Shown piece by piece: positions 27,460-37,017 of a stretch of 64,000 nt of DNA. This DNA comes from an uncultured Clostridia bacterium. Lineage in GTDB: Bacteria > Bacillota > Clostridia > Christensenellales > UBA1242. The notes under the pieces are model-generated. The model saw only the letters and a program-made list of their open reading frames with translations. It made no database searches and had not been told where the DNA came from. Each line of letters starts with the position of its first letter. Within the stretch, counting starts at the first letter, position 1. The DNA lies in contig CAKVFH010000002.1 in assembly GCA_934746515.1 (NCBI GenBank), forward strand, positions 1,576-65,575, in the 5' to 3' direction. The translations under genes were made by a program, and so were the position numbers.

Positions 27460-28756
27460 TTAACCCAATTTCCCTGACAATCTTTTTAAAGAAATTTCCG
27501 CGCTCTTCAAAATTTGAAAAGAAGTCAAAACTAGCACAAGCTGGTGAAAGCAAAACAACATCTCCAGGCTTTGACATCTTAAAAAGAAGATTAGTGGCGG
27601 ACTCTAAATCATCACAAATATAAATATTTTGATAATTATGCTTTTTAGCAGAAAACGCAATTTTCATACGAGTTTGTCCAAAAACTGCAATTTTATCAAC
27701 ATTTTTAGGTAATTTTTCAAACAGTTCATCAAAATCATAGCCTTTATCACTGCCACCTAAAATCAGATTGATAGGATTTTTAAAACTAGCTACCGCAACT
27801 AATGTGCTTGCAATATTTGTCGCCTTGCTGTCATTAAAAAACTCAACACCACGAATTGTTTTTACAAATTCAATTCTATGTTCAACGCCTTCAAAGCTTA
27901 AAATGCCTTTTAGCATATTTTTGTTTTCAGTTTCCAAATAAACAGCAAGAACGGAAGCTAGTATATTTGATAAATTATGTTCACCCTTAAGTTTTATTTT
28001 TGATAACGACGCAAGTCTTATTTCTTTAACATTGTCATTAAAATATATGCTTCCATTTTTTATATAAGAACCAACAACTTTTCTTTTTGTGCTAAAGTAA
28101 AAAACTTGAGCTTTTGTCTTTGGTGGGTTTTTTCTAATTATTTCATCATCACTATTCAAAATTAAATAATCATCTTTAGTCTGGTTTTTGGTTATTTTAT
28201 ATTTACATTTAATATATTCTCTCATGGTACCATGGCGATTCAAGTGATCTTCAGTAATATTTAAAATCATGGCAATATGTGGTCGAAATTTTTTGATAGT
28301 CTCAAGCTGAAAACTTGAACACTCCAAAACAAAAATTTCACTATCATTAACATCGCAGATTAGTCTTGTCACAGGAACACCAATATTCCCACCAAGCTTA
28401 CAGCCACCCAAATAATCTTTCAAAAGATAATGAATTAAACTCACAGTCGTCGTCTTTCCATTCGTTCCCGTCACAGCAATAATGTCATTATTTATTTTAC
28501 TTGCACCAAATTCAAGTTCACCAAAAAGCGCAATTCTTCTCTTTTTTAGTTGAAATATTAACTCATTATGCGGTTTTATTCCCGGACTTATAATTGCAAG
28601 CGTAACATCACACAAAAGATTATTGATGTAATCTTCATTAAATTTCCTTGCTTCTATATCTTCTTTTTTAGCAAAAAAATGATCAATATTTCGTTCAGCC
28701 AAATAATCTGAAACAGCAAGCCCACTTACACCAGAGCCAATAATCATTACTTTCAT
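27416..28756 (-). CDS. murD: UDP-N-acetylmuramoylalanine--D-glutamate ligase
   Basis: 446 aa with an N-terminal Rossmann IIGSGVSG and the Mur ligase P-loop GTNGKTTT. Its position between mraY and ftsW supports the call. Confidence 0.92.
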   Translation of the reverse strand: MKVMIIGSGVSGLAVSDYLAERNIDHFFAKKEDIEARKFNEDYINNLLCDVTLAIISPGIKPHNELIFQLKKRRIALFGELEFGASKINNDIIAVTGTNGKTTTVSLIHYLLKDYLGGCKLGGNIGVPVTRLICDVNDSEIFVLECSSFQLETIKKFRPHIAMILNITEDHLNRHGTMREYIKCKYKITKNQTKDDYLILNSDDEIIRKNPPKTKAQVFYFSTKRKVVGSYIKNGSIYFNDNVKEIRLASLSKIKLKGEHNLSNILASVLAVYLETENKNMLKGILSFEGVEHRIEFVKTIRGVEFFNDSKATNIASTLVAVASFKNPINLILGGSDKGYDFDELFEKLPKNVDKIAVFGQTRMKIAFSAKKHNYQNIYICDDLESATNLLFKMSKPGDVVLLSPACASFDFFSNFEERGNFFKKIVREIGLNESSVSEFKEEIKV

Positions 28757-28765
28757 AAATTCTCC

Positions 28766-29767
28766 TTAAAGGATATTTATCAAAATAACAACAACCCCCA
28801 CAAGCAAACTTACAAGCGAATAACCAAAAGTTATTCTAACTTCATGCACTCCCTTCTTTTCAAAATGGTGATGTAATGGTGCCATTAAAAATATCCTTTT
28901 CTTTGTCAATTTATAATATGCAACTTGCAAGATTACCGACACCGAACTAACAACAAAAACAATTCCAAGGATTGGCAAATATAATTCCATTCCAGTAAAA
29001 ATTGAAAGACTCGCAATCAAACTTCCCAGTGCAAGTGAACCAGTATCTCCCATGAATATTTTTGCAGGAAAACAATTAAACAACAAAAAGCAAAGCAGAG
29101 CTCCGCACGCAACAACACAAACCACCGATAAGTTTTTATACTCTTCAATGTTTGATACATTCGAGGCAATTACACCGCGACTGATAAATATCACCATTAA
29201 CACAAAAAACGAAAGCAAATAAACAAGTGTTGTTGATGAAGCCAAGCCGTCAAGCCCGTCAGTTAAATTTACAGAATTAGTTGTCGCCAAATAAATCAAA
29301 GCAACAAATGGAATAATCCACCAACCAATATTCACAAGCTTATTTGTAAACGGAATCAAAATCGTTCCGCCCATATTTTTATAAACATAAAAACCAGCAG
29401 CCACCGAAACCAATAACTGAAAGATTATTTTTTGATAAGGTCTTAAACCTAAATTTCTTTTAAATCTAAATTTTATAAAGTCATCCAAAAAACCAACAAT
29501 GCCGTAAGCTAAAAATAATAAAATCGTCATTCTAGCAAAGCCACTCTTCCCTTCAAAACAAATAAGTGAAATGATTGTTATTGAAAGAAGAAATATAATT
29601 CCACCCATAGTCGGTGTGCCATTTTTAAGTTTATGGCTATCAACATAATGAAGTATTGTCTGCTTAATTTTTTCTCTTTTCATAATAGAAATCACCAATG
29701 GTGAAACTAATAATGAAAAGAAAAACGCATATAAAAAATACTCCAATAATTTAAAATAATCAATCAT
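28766..29767 (-). CDS. mraY: phospho-N-acetylmuramoyl-pentapeptide transferase
   Basis: 333 aa with the motifs NLTDGLDGLA, MGDTGSLALG and PLHHHFE. Confidence 0.95.
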   Translation of the reverse strand: MIDYFKLLEYFLYAFFFSLLVSPLVISIMKREKIKQTILHYVDSHKLKNGTPTMGGIIFLLSITIISLICFEGKSGFARMTILLFLAYGIVGFLDDFIKFRFKRNLGLRPYQKIIFQLLVSVAAGFYVYKNMGGTILIPFTNKLVNIGWWIIPFVALIYLATTNSVNLTDGLDGLASSTTLVYLLSFFVLMVIFISRGVIASNVSNIEEYKNLSVVCVVACGALLCFLLFNCFPAKIFMGDTGSLALGSLIASLSIFTGMELYLPILGIVFVVSSVSVILQVAYYKLTKKRIFLMAPLHHHFEKKGVHEVRITFGYSLVSLLVGVVVILINIL

Positions 29768-29770
29768 CTG

Positions 29771-31195
29771 CTATTTCTCCAATTTTTCAATTTCATCAAA
29801 ATCGCTATATTTTGTTTTCACACCTTGCTCATCAATGTAGTCTTCAGCACCTTTTCCGGCAACCAAAATTACATCACCTTCTTTTGAATTTTTATATGCA
29901 AATTTAATCGCTTCTGCTCTATCTAAAATTATGATGTAATTACTATTCGTTACACCTTTTTCAATTTCTTTAGCAATAGACTCTCTTGACTCAAATCTTG
30001 GATTATCAGTAGAAATTATCGTTAAATCAGCATATTTTGATGATATTTCACCCATTTTTGACCTTTTTTGCGTTTCTCTATTTCCACCACAACCAAAAAT
30101 ACAATATAATTTTTTGTCTTTTACAATAGTTTTACATAACTTCAAAACATTCTCTAATCCATCTGGTGTGTGTGCAAAATCGACAATGAATAGTTTTTTA
30201 TTTATAACAATTGTATTAAGCCTTCCGGCAACCGGTTTTATTGAATTTATTAGTTTTTGACTGTCTTTGACTTTTAAGCCAATCTTTTCTATCGAAACTA
30301 TAGCTGCAGTCAAATTATAGATATTAAACCCGCCTAAAAAATTAGTTTCAAAAATTTTTCCACCTAGTTTAAAGGACTGTTTAAAATTTTTTATACCTAG
30401 ATTTTGTGCTTGAAAATCCGACTGGCTAATCATAGAATATGTAAATTTTGTTATATTTATACTCTCATAAAGTCTCCTTCCATACTTATCATCAACATTT
30501 ATCAAAGCTGCTTTTGCATGCGAACTAACAAACAAACTTTTCTTTGCATTAAAATAATTCTCCATTGTTTTAAAATAATCAAGATGATCTTCTGTAAGGT
30601 TTGTAAAGATAACCAAATCAAAAACAAAGCCATCAAGTTTATGCAAATATATTGCATGAGCTGATGCTTCCATGCAAACATATTGAACCCCATTTTGAAC
30701 CATTTTATAAAATAATTTTTGAAGCTCAATTGGATCTGGTGTTGTCATTCCTGTGTCGATTTTCTTTCCACAAAACACAGCGCCATTTGTTCCAATTACC
30801 GCACATTCCTTGCCCAAGTTTTTAAGCATATCACAAATCATATATGTTGTTGTTGTTTTACCATTTGTGCCAGTAACCCCAACAATCTTTAATTTTTTTG
30901 CTGGATTGCCGTAAAAGTTGCATGCAATTAAACTCATAGCCCGTCTAACATTATTAACTAATACTTGAGTTATTCCATGCAAATTTTTAATTTCTTTTTT
31001 TGTTACAATTGCAACAGCGCCAGACTCAACCGCGCTCTTGACAAAATTTTCACCACTTTCGTTTTTTCCGTCAATGCAAAAAAACAATCCGTCAGGCTCG
31101 ACATCTTTGTCATTATGAAACAGTCCAGAAATTTCCACAAGTGCTGATCCAAACACGCGGCATTTTACATTTTTTATAAGTTGAAATAATTTCAT
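29771..31195 (-). CDS. murE: UDP-MurNAc-L-Ala-D-Glu--2,6-diaminopimelate ligase (MurE, DNPR type)
   Basis: It has GVTGTNGKTTTT, TTPD, MEASAHA..FTNLTEDHLDYF and the DAP-specificity motif DNPRFE. I set the start at the ATG at 31195 behind AGGAG; the ORF-track start at 31201 is a GTG inside the SD. Confidence 0.92.
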   Translation of the reverse strand: MKLFQLIKNVKCRVFGSALVEISGLFHNDKDVEPDGLFFCIDGKNESGENFVKSAVESGAVAIVTKKEIKNLHGITQVLVNNVRRAMSLIACNFYGNPAKKLKIVGVTGTNGKTTTTYMICDMLKNLGKECAVIGTNGAVFCGKKIDTGMTTPDPIELQKLFYKMVQNGVQYVCMEASAHAIYLHKLDGFVFDLVIFTNLTEDHLDYFKTMENYFNAKKSLFVSSHAKAALINVDDKYGRRLYESINITKFTYSMISQSDFQAQNLGIKNFKQSFKLGGKIFETNFLGGFNIYNLTAAIVSIEKIGLKVKDSQKLINSIKPVAGRLNTIVINKKLFIVDFAHTPDGLENVLKLCKTIVKDKKLYCIFGCGGNRETQKRSKMGEISSKYADLTIISTDNPRFESRESIAKEIEKGVTNSNYIIILDRAEAIKFAYKNSKEGDVILVAGKGAEDYIDEQGVKTKYSDFDEIEKLEK

Positions 31196-31203
31196 AAACA
31201 CTC

Positions 31204-33102
31204 CTATTCAAACAAAAGCAATATTATATCATTTTCTTGAACCATGGTTCCCGGTGCTGGAATTTGTCCAGTAACAAACTCTCCATCACCTTGAACTAAA
31301 TATTGAAGTTTCGATGACGAAACTCTTGATGCTGATTGCGTCATGGTTAATCCGATGTATGTATCCAAAACAAACTTTTCTTTCTCTTCAGTGTCATTCA
31401 ATTCATAATTTTTAAATTTAAAAATTCCCGAAAAAATTTCTTTTGCAACAGGCGCAGCAACCACACCACCATAATAGGCTCCTTGCGGTTCATCTATAAT
31501 GACATAAACCAAATATTCTGGATTATCGTAAGGCGCAAAACCCATAAAAGATGCTATATATTTTCCTTGTGCTATTTTGCCGTTTTCATATTTTTGAGCG
31601 GTTCCCGTTTTACCACCAATGATATCATAGCCATCAACTTTTGCATATTTTCCACCACCTTTGCTAACAACAGAAAATAGCATTTTTTGCATCAAATTAC
31701 TCGTATTTTCGCTGAAAATCTGTTCTTTTACGGTGTTGCCACGATTATAAACAACTATATTATCGCTCGAATAAATTCTTTTTATGAAGTGCGGTGAAAC
31801 GATTTTGCCACCATTGATAACAGCCGAAAAACCAGTCATCAATTGCATTGCCGAAAGTGCTATGGTTTGTCCAAAACCCATTCTAGCTAAATCCGCATCA
31901 GTAACTGACGGCATAGGCATTAGCACAGCCAAAGCTTCACCCGGAAAATCAATTCCAACACTTGATGTAAAGCCAAACCTATCAAGATAATCATAAAATT
32001 TTTTTACGCCAATTTTTGCAATCAAGTCCATAAAAACACAGTTGCATGAATTCATTAAACCTTGTTCAAGCGACTGACTGCCATGGCCTGATCTTCTTGC
32101 ACACCTAATTGTCACGCCGTTTACGATTCGATAGCCACCACAATAGAAATAACTATGCTCTGAAGTCAAACCTTCTTCTAGCGCAATCGCTGTAACTATA
32201 GCCTTAAATGTTGAACCAGGCTCAAAAGTGTCAACTATCGTCGTCGCTCTCGACATTGAATTGAGCGCATTCAAATCATCTTTTGGAATATCATTAAGAT
32301 TGTATGACGGAAGTGTTGAGCATGCTAAAATTTCATTAGTTTTTGGGTCAGTCACTACGACCGATGCCGACTTAGCACCTGTTTCAGATACGGCTTTTGC
32401 GAGAGCTTTTTCCACAATATTTTGCACTCGAAAATCTATTGTAAGTTCTAAATTTAAACCACTAATTGCATCTTCATAGTAAGTAAGCGAGCCATCTAAA
32501 GTGTCGCCCTTTAAGTCTGCTTCAACCAAACTCACGCCATCAATACCTGTTAAATATGAGTTGTAATATGACTCAAGCCCGGCGAGTCCGTCGTTGTCAT
32601 AACCAACAAAACCCAAAACTTGGCAAAGCATTGAATCATAAGCATAGTTTCTTTCAGTGTTTGTTGTAAAGAGTATGCCTTCCTGATAGTCTTTTAAAAT
32701 TCTTTGGACTGTTGATTTTTCAATATCTTTTTTAATTTTGATTTCGCCTAACTTTGAACTTGTGATTTTTTCATAAATTTCGTTAAAATCAAGCTCCAAA
32801 TTTTCAGATAAAACCTTTGCAACCTTTTCGGAATCTTTTATATCTGCAGGTCGAACATAAACATCATAAGTTGTATAGCTTGACGCCAAAACCACGCCAT
32901 TTCTATCGGTGATTTTTCCACGAGTTGCAGTTAATGGCAAGTCGCGAAGCCATTCAGTTAGACCTTTTTTTATGTATTTATCACTGCCAATAATTTGCAA
33001 GTAAAAGAGCCTAGAAATTATGCCGACAGCAAAAAAGATTACCAGCATTGTTAATGCCAGTAATCTTTTCATCATTGAATACGCGCTATATTTTATTGCC
33101 AT
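31204..33102 (-). CDS. class B penicillin-binding protein (FtsI family; SpoVD/PBP2B-like, one C-terminal PASTA domain)
   Basis: It has a TM anchor and the transpeptidase motifs STFK (SxxK), SCN (SxN) and KTGTA (KTG), with a C-terminal PASTA-like segment. I preferred the ATG at 33102 behind GGAGTGA over 33117. Confidence 0.9.
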   Translation of the reverse strand: MAIKYSAYSMMKRLLALTMLVIFFAVGIISRLFYLQIIGSDKYIKKGLTEWLRDLPLTATRGKITDRNGVVLASSYTTYDVYVRPADIKDSEKVAKVLSENLELDFNEIYEKITSSKLGEIKIKKDIEKSTVQRILKDYQEGILFTTNTERNYAYDSMLCQVLGFVGYDNDGLAGLESYYNSYLTGIDGVSLVEADLKGDTLDGSLTYYEDAISGLNLELTIDFRVQNIVEKALAKAVSETGAKSASVVVTDPKTNEILACSTLPSYNLNDIPKDDLNALNSMSRATTIVDTFEPGSTFKAIVTAIALEEGLTSEHSYFYCGGYRIVNGVTIRCARRSGHGSQSLEQGLMNSCNCVFMDLIAKIGVKKFYDYLDRFGFTSSVGIDFPGEALAVLMPMPSVTDADLARMGFGQTIALSAMQLMTGFSAVINGGKIVSPHFIKRIYSSDNIVVYNRGNTVKEQIFSENTSNLMQKMLFSVVSKGGGKYAKVDGYDIIGGKTGTAQKYENGKIAQGKYIASFMGFAPYDNPEYLVYVIIDEPQGAYYGGVVAAPVAKEIFSGIFKFKNYELNDTEEKEKFVLDTYIGLTMTQSASRVSSSKLQYLVQGDGEFVTGQIPAPGTMVQENDIILLLFE

Positions 33103-33157
33103 TTTCACTCCAAACATTACAAAAACAACATCTTTTGTATTGTTTGTGTTTGGCTAT

Positions 33158-33841
33158 TTAGGCAAATAATTTACTGAAGAACTCACAAACATCATTAAAC
33201 CAATTTGATGGAATATCTTGACATTCGGTTTCTTTATACATTTCATCGAGATAAATTACAGCAGAATTTGTTTCATCTTTCTCCACAAAATTTTCTGATT
33301 CAGCCCATTGTCTCAAATATTCGTCATCCGTTACTAAAGTATATGTGTCCTTCGATTTTGATATGCTTTGCTCCAAGAGATTTATTTGTGCTTGCTTGTC
33401 TGCAAATGTTGATTGAATGTTGTTTGCTTTCACAAAATTAAAAGCTGTAACAAACATCAAGCACGCAACAATAACCACAAAAACACTTAAAACAATTTTC
33501 ATTCTGGTTTCCAATCTAATTCTCGATTGAGATTTAACCAAATTGACAGTTTCTTCGCTTTTTTGAATCATTGGCGCATTCATTTTCGAAACGCGCTTTT
33601 GTTCTTGTGGTTCAGCAAAGCTGTTTGAAGAAGTTGAGTCATAAGATTGCTGTTCTGTAAAATTTTGGGTGCTTGTGTAATCGTCTTTTTCGTATGGATT
33701 TACATAAGATTGGCTTGTTTGCGAATAGTCAGTTTGAGGGCTATAAGTCGTTTGTTTTTGTGTTTCATCTTCAGTTGTTGTCGACGATGATGACGACAAA
33801 TTGTTAAATAAACTATTGATATAATCGTTGTTATCAAACAT
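33158..33841 (-). CDS. FtsL-position bitopic division protein with long low-complexity N-terminal extension
   Basis: 227 aa with an S/T/Q-rich N-terminal half, one TM helix (IVLSVFVVIVACLMFVTAFNFV) and then a short coiled-coil-like segment. It lies between rsmH and the PBP gene, where ftsL normally sits. The assignment is positional. Confidence 0.5.
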   Translation of the reverse strand: MFDNNDYINSLFNNLSSSSSTTTEDETQKQTTYSPQTDYSQTSQSYVNPYEKDDYTSTQNFTEQQSYDSTSSNSFAEPQEQKRVSKMNAPMIQKSEETVNLVKSQSRIRLETRMKIVLSVFVVIVACLMFVTAFNFVKANNIQSTFADKQAQINLLEQSISKSKDTYTLVTDDEYLRQWAESENFVEKDETNSAVIYLDEMYKETECQDIPSNWFNDVCEFFSKLFA

Positions 33842-33859
33842 AACTTAACCCTCCTATGT

Positions 33860-34789
33860 TTATAATTTCTCGATAACTCGAAGCTTGGCAGGTGCCGACC
33901 TTGGATTTACCGATAACTCTTCTTGTGTTGCTTCAACCGGATGCTTTGTTATTAGTTTTGCAACTGCTTTGTGTCCACACACACAGATTGGAAAATCTGG
34001 TGGACAAATGCAACCTGTTGAAAGTTCTCTAAATTTTTGTTTTACAATTCTATCTTCAAGTGAATGGAACGAAATTATTGCAAGTCTTCCGCCAGGTTTT
34101 AGAAACTCGACAGCCTTGTCAATAAATTCTTGAAGAGCATCAAGTTCTCCATTAACTTCAATTCGAATTGCTTGGAATGTCCTTTGAACATTGCTTCTTC
34201 CGTCTTGACCTTTATATCTTGGCACCGACGAGAGAATTATGTTCTCAAGTTCTTTTGTTGTTTCAATTGGTTTTTCTTCACGAGCCTTAACAATATGTCT
34301 TGCAATGCTTTTTGCGAATTTCTCTTCACCATAGTCACGAATAACTCTGGTTAAATCTTCTTCGCTATATTCATTCACAAGGTTATAAGCTGAAAATGGG
34401 TTTGATCTTGACATTCGCATATCAAGTCTGGCATCCATTCTAAACGAAAAACCGCGTTCTGCAGAATCAATTTGATATGAACTAACGCCGATATCAACCA
34501 AAATCCCATCAACTTTGACTATCTTTAACCTTGAAAGCACTTCGTCAATGTTTTTGAAGTTATCATTGACAAAAATAACATTATCATAGTCTGAAAGATT
34601 CTTTTTTGCGGTCTCTAAAGCTTCAACGTCTTGGTCAATTCCGACAAGTGTTTTGATTTTTGCCTTTTGTTCAATCGCTTTTGAATGTCCTGCACCACCA
34701 ATTGTTCCGTCAACATAAATTCCATTATCTTTTATGTTTAACAGTTCAATGGTTTCATTTTTCAAAACGGGTATATGCGAAAATTCCAT
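33860..34789 (-). CDS. rsmH: 16S rRNA (cytosine1402-N4)-methyltransferase
   Basis: 309 aa with HIPVL, the SAM motif DGTIGGAGHS and ISFHSLEDR. Confidence 0.95.
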   Translation of the reverse strand: MEFSHIPVLKNETIELLNIKDNGIYVDGTIGGAGHSKAIEQKAKIKTLVGIDQDVEALETAKKNLSDYDNVIFVNDNFKNIDEVLSRLKIVKVDGILVDIGVSSYQIDSAERGFSFRMDARLDMRMSRSNPFSAYNLVNEYSEEDLTRVIRDYGEEKFAKSIARHIVKAREEKPIETTKELENIILSSVPRYKGQDGRSNVQRTFQAIRIEVNGELDALQEFIDKAVEFLKPGGRLAIISFHSLEDRIVKQKFRELSTGCICPPDFPICVCGHKAVAKLITKHPVEATQEELSVNPRSAPAKLRVIEKL

Positions 34790-34790
34790 T

Positions 34791-35213
34791 TTAGACTCCT
34801 AGTTTAGCTAAAACTGAAAAGTCTGTTTTTTCTTCGGTTTCTTGCATCTTATCCCAAATTTCTTCAGCCCAAATTTCCACACGACTGCCGACACCAACAA
34901 AAACTATATTTTTTGTGATTTCAGCATAAAGTGCAAGTTCCTTTGGAAGAAGAATACGACCTTGACCATCTTCTTCAGCTTCAAAAGCTGATGACAAGAA
35001 TTTTCTAACTGGTTTTTGTGCTTCTTCATCAAAGATTGAAACATTTGTCATTTTCTCATAGAGATTTTGAAATCCATCTCCCGAAAAAATCATCAAGTTT
35101 GTTCCAGTTCCTTTGGTGATTATGCTGTTGTTGCCAAGCTCGTTTTTAAACTTTGAAGGAATACGCATACGCTTTTTGCTATCAATGCTATGTCTGTAGG
35201 TGCCAATGAGCAT
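34791..35213 (-). CDS. mraZ: transcriptional regulator MraZ
   Basis: 140 aa with two DxxxR half-domains (DSKKRMRIP and DGQGRILLP). It is the first gene of the dcw block, and the ATG follows AAGGAGGG. Confidence 0.95.
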   Translation of the reverse strand: MLIGTYRHSIDSKKRMRIPSKFKNELGNNSIITKGTGTNLMIFSGDGFQNLYEKMTNVSIFDEEAQKPVRKFLSSAFEAEEDGQGRILLPKELALYAEITKNIVFVGVGSRVEIWAEEIWDKMQETEEKTDFSVLAKLGV

Positions 35214-35244
35214 AATCTATCCCTCCTTATAAGTTTATGACTCT

Positions 35245-35296
35245 ATTATAAGACCTTGCGATAAAATTTGCAACATTTTTAACCACTTTTGACCAC
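35245..35296 (-). promoter_or_regulatory. dcw (mraZ) sigma-A promoter overlapped by a 10-nt-period array of MraZ-box-like repeats
   Basis: The minus strand reads AAAAGTGGTC AAAAGTGGTT AAAAATGTTG CAAATTTTATCGCAAGGTCT TATAAT. TTGCAA-N17-TATAAT is the promoter. GTGGT, GTGGT and a degenerate ATGTT are spaced exactly 10 nt apart and run into the -35. Confidence 0.6.
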
Positions 35297-35308
35297 TTTT
35301 TTAACAAA

Positions 35309-35332
35309 GTTATTAACAATGTTGTTAATAAC
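35309..35332. promoter_or_regulatory. perfect 10-bp inverted repeat upstream of the mraZ promoter (candidate operator)
   Basis: GTTATTAACA-ATGT-TGTTAATAAC has perfect arms and a 4-nt spacer. Confidence 0.4.
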
Positions 35333-35362
35333 TCACATTTTTAGTTGTTTTTGACCACAAAA

Positions 35363-35394
35363 ATAACCAAGGCATATTTTTTTACCTTGGTTAT
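35363..35394 (-). terminator. intrinsic terminator of the upstream membrane-protein gene
   Basis: ATAACCAAGG/CCTTGGTTAT is a perfect 10-bp stem with a 12-nt loop. On the minus strand it is followed by TTTTTGTGG. Confidence 0.7.
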
Positions 35395-35428
35395 TATTAT
35401 TCTTTTTATTAAAAGCTTCCCAATTGGA

Positions 35429-36211
35429 TTACTCTTTTGCTTCTTTTTGTTCTTCAACTTTTTCTTGTGATTTAGTTATTTTTTCGTCTTCTTCCGATTC
35501 TTTTTTAACTACATTGGTTTTATTTTTATCAGTTACTTCAGATTTGATTTTAATAATTCCCTTTTTGTTAAGAATTAAAACTGCGATACTTGCAGCGTCC
35601 AAAACTGCAAAAATGATTGTAAACACAATAGCAACAATTATCCAAGCTTTAACACAAGTTTCCACATAAACAAACTTATAGCCATCGCCACTATCTGTAA
35701 CGATTTTTGTTGAAGTGATTGTTCCAATTTCATCATACTCATTTGTTTCTTGATTAACAGCATAAATTTTTCCATTTTTGATTTTGAAAGTAGATTCTGT
35801 TGTATCGAAACGACCCATATAATAGTTATTGACTGTTATCTTATCGCCAGACAAGATAATTTCCGAACTCACCTTTGTTCCTAAAATATCTGTACTAAAT
35901 TTATATTTTTTTCCATGTGGCATAACGCTTAAAACTATAGTCAAAATCAAAAATAATCCAAACAATGAAGAAAAAATAATTGGCAATAATTTTTTGCAAC
36001 CCTTTACCAAACAACTAACAAATTTGCATTTCTTTTTCTCAACAATATTTACGGATTTGCTTAAAATATAATTATCTCCATCTTTAAAAACATCTACTAA
36101 ATCGCCAACTTTTGACTTCCAGTTCACACTGGACTTTTTAACTTTCAAAACACTTCCGTCGTCTTTGCCAACAACAACTTCATCGTCAGTAATTTTTATA
36201 ATTTTATTCAT
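35429..36211 (-). CDS. hypothetical membrane protein
   Basis: 260 aa with a small soluble N-terminal domain, a TM helix, a central domain, a second TM helix and a K/E-rich tail. The ATG follows AAGGAG. I recognise no family. Confidence 0.55.
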   Translation of the reverse strand: MNKIIKITDDEVVVGKDDGSVLKVKKSSVNWKSKVGDLVDVFKDGDNYILSKSVNIVEKKKCKFVSCLVKGCKKLLPIIFSSLFGLFLILTIVLSVMPHGKKYKFSTDILGTKVSSEIILSGDKITVNNYYMGRFDTTESTFKIKNGKIYAVNQETNEYDEIGTITSTKIVTDSGDGYKFVYVETCVKAWIIVAIVFTIIFAVLDAASIAVLILNKKGIIKIKSEVTDKNKTNVVKKESEEDEKITKSQEKVEEQKEAKE

Positions 36212-36294
36212 TTACAACTCCTTTTCCTTTGTTTTAATTATAGTAGCATTTTATTTTTGTTTATGTCAAGAAAATCAAAGTAAGTCAAAAATAA

Positions 36295-36318
36295 AAACTC
36301 TCTATGATAAGAGAGTTT
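36295..36318 (-). terminator. intrinsic terminator after the engB-phosphoesterase pair
   Basis: AAACTCTCT-ATGATA-AGAGAGTTT overlaps the stop codon. On the minus strand it is followed by TTTTATTTTT. Confidence 0.6.
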
Positions 36319-37016
36319 TATAAATTGATTTCTACAGGATCATTATTGATATGATCACAAGAAGTAAAGTAATATACGATGCCGTTTTTAATCTGCTTTA
36401 GTTTACAATTAGTGTAACCATGAAGATGTCCAAAAACAACAGCAGACACACCATACTCTTCGAAAAGTTTCACAAAATCGCTGTCATTACCATTGCCGTC
36501 AAATGGCGGAAAATGTATCATGCAAATAATTTGTTCATTGTTTTGTTGAAGAACTTTTGCTGATTTTAATGATAGTTTTAGTCTTTCCACTTCCCTTTTA
36601 TAAATCTTTTCATCTTCAGGGTCAAGGGCTTTGTTTTCTTCAGGAACAGTCCAACCGCGAGTGCCACAAAAAATATAATTGCCAATTTTTATAGCATCAT
36701 TTTGAATAGCCACAATTGATTTTGGCAAGATTTCGCGAACTGCAGAAATTGATTTCCACCAATATTCGTGATTGCCTTTGATGATGATTTTTTTGCCGGG
36801 AAGAGCATCTATCCAATTAAGGTCGCTTGAAACTTCATCAATTTTCATTGCCCAACTGATGTCACCAGCAATCAACACCAAATCTTCATCTGTGACTTTT
36901 TTCTTCCAATTTGCGATAATTTTTTCGGTGTAACCTTCCCAGTTTCCGCCAAAAACATCCATTGGCTTATCGCAAGCAGTGCTTAAATGCAAGTCTGAAA
37001 TTGCATAAATTTTCAT
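36318..37016 (-). CDS. calcineurin-like metallophosphoesterase
   Basis: It has the motifs ISDLHL (DxH), AGDIS (GD), GNHEYW (GNHE) and GHLHG. The ATG at 37016 lies 1 nt after the engB stop, behind GGAGAA. Confidence 0.8.
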   Translation of the reverse strand: MKIYAISDLHLSTACDKPMDVFGGNWEGYTEKIIANWKKKVTDEDLVLIAGDISWAMKIDEVSSDLNWIDALPGKKIIIKGNHEYWWKSISAVREILPKSIVAIQNDAIKIGNYIFCGTRGWTVPEENKALDPEDEKIYKREVERLKLSLKSAKVLQQNNEQIICMIHFPPFDGNGNDSDFVKLFEEYGVSAVVFGHLHGYTNCKLKQIKNGIVYYFTSCDHINNDPVEINL

Positions 37017-37017
37017 T

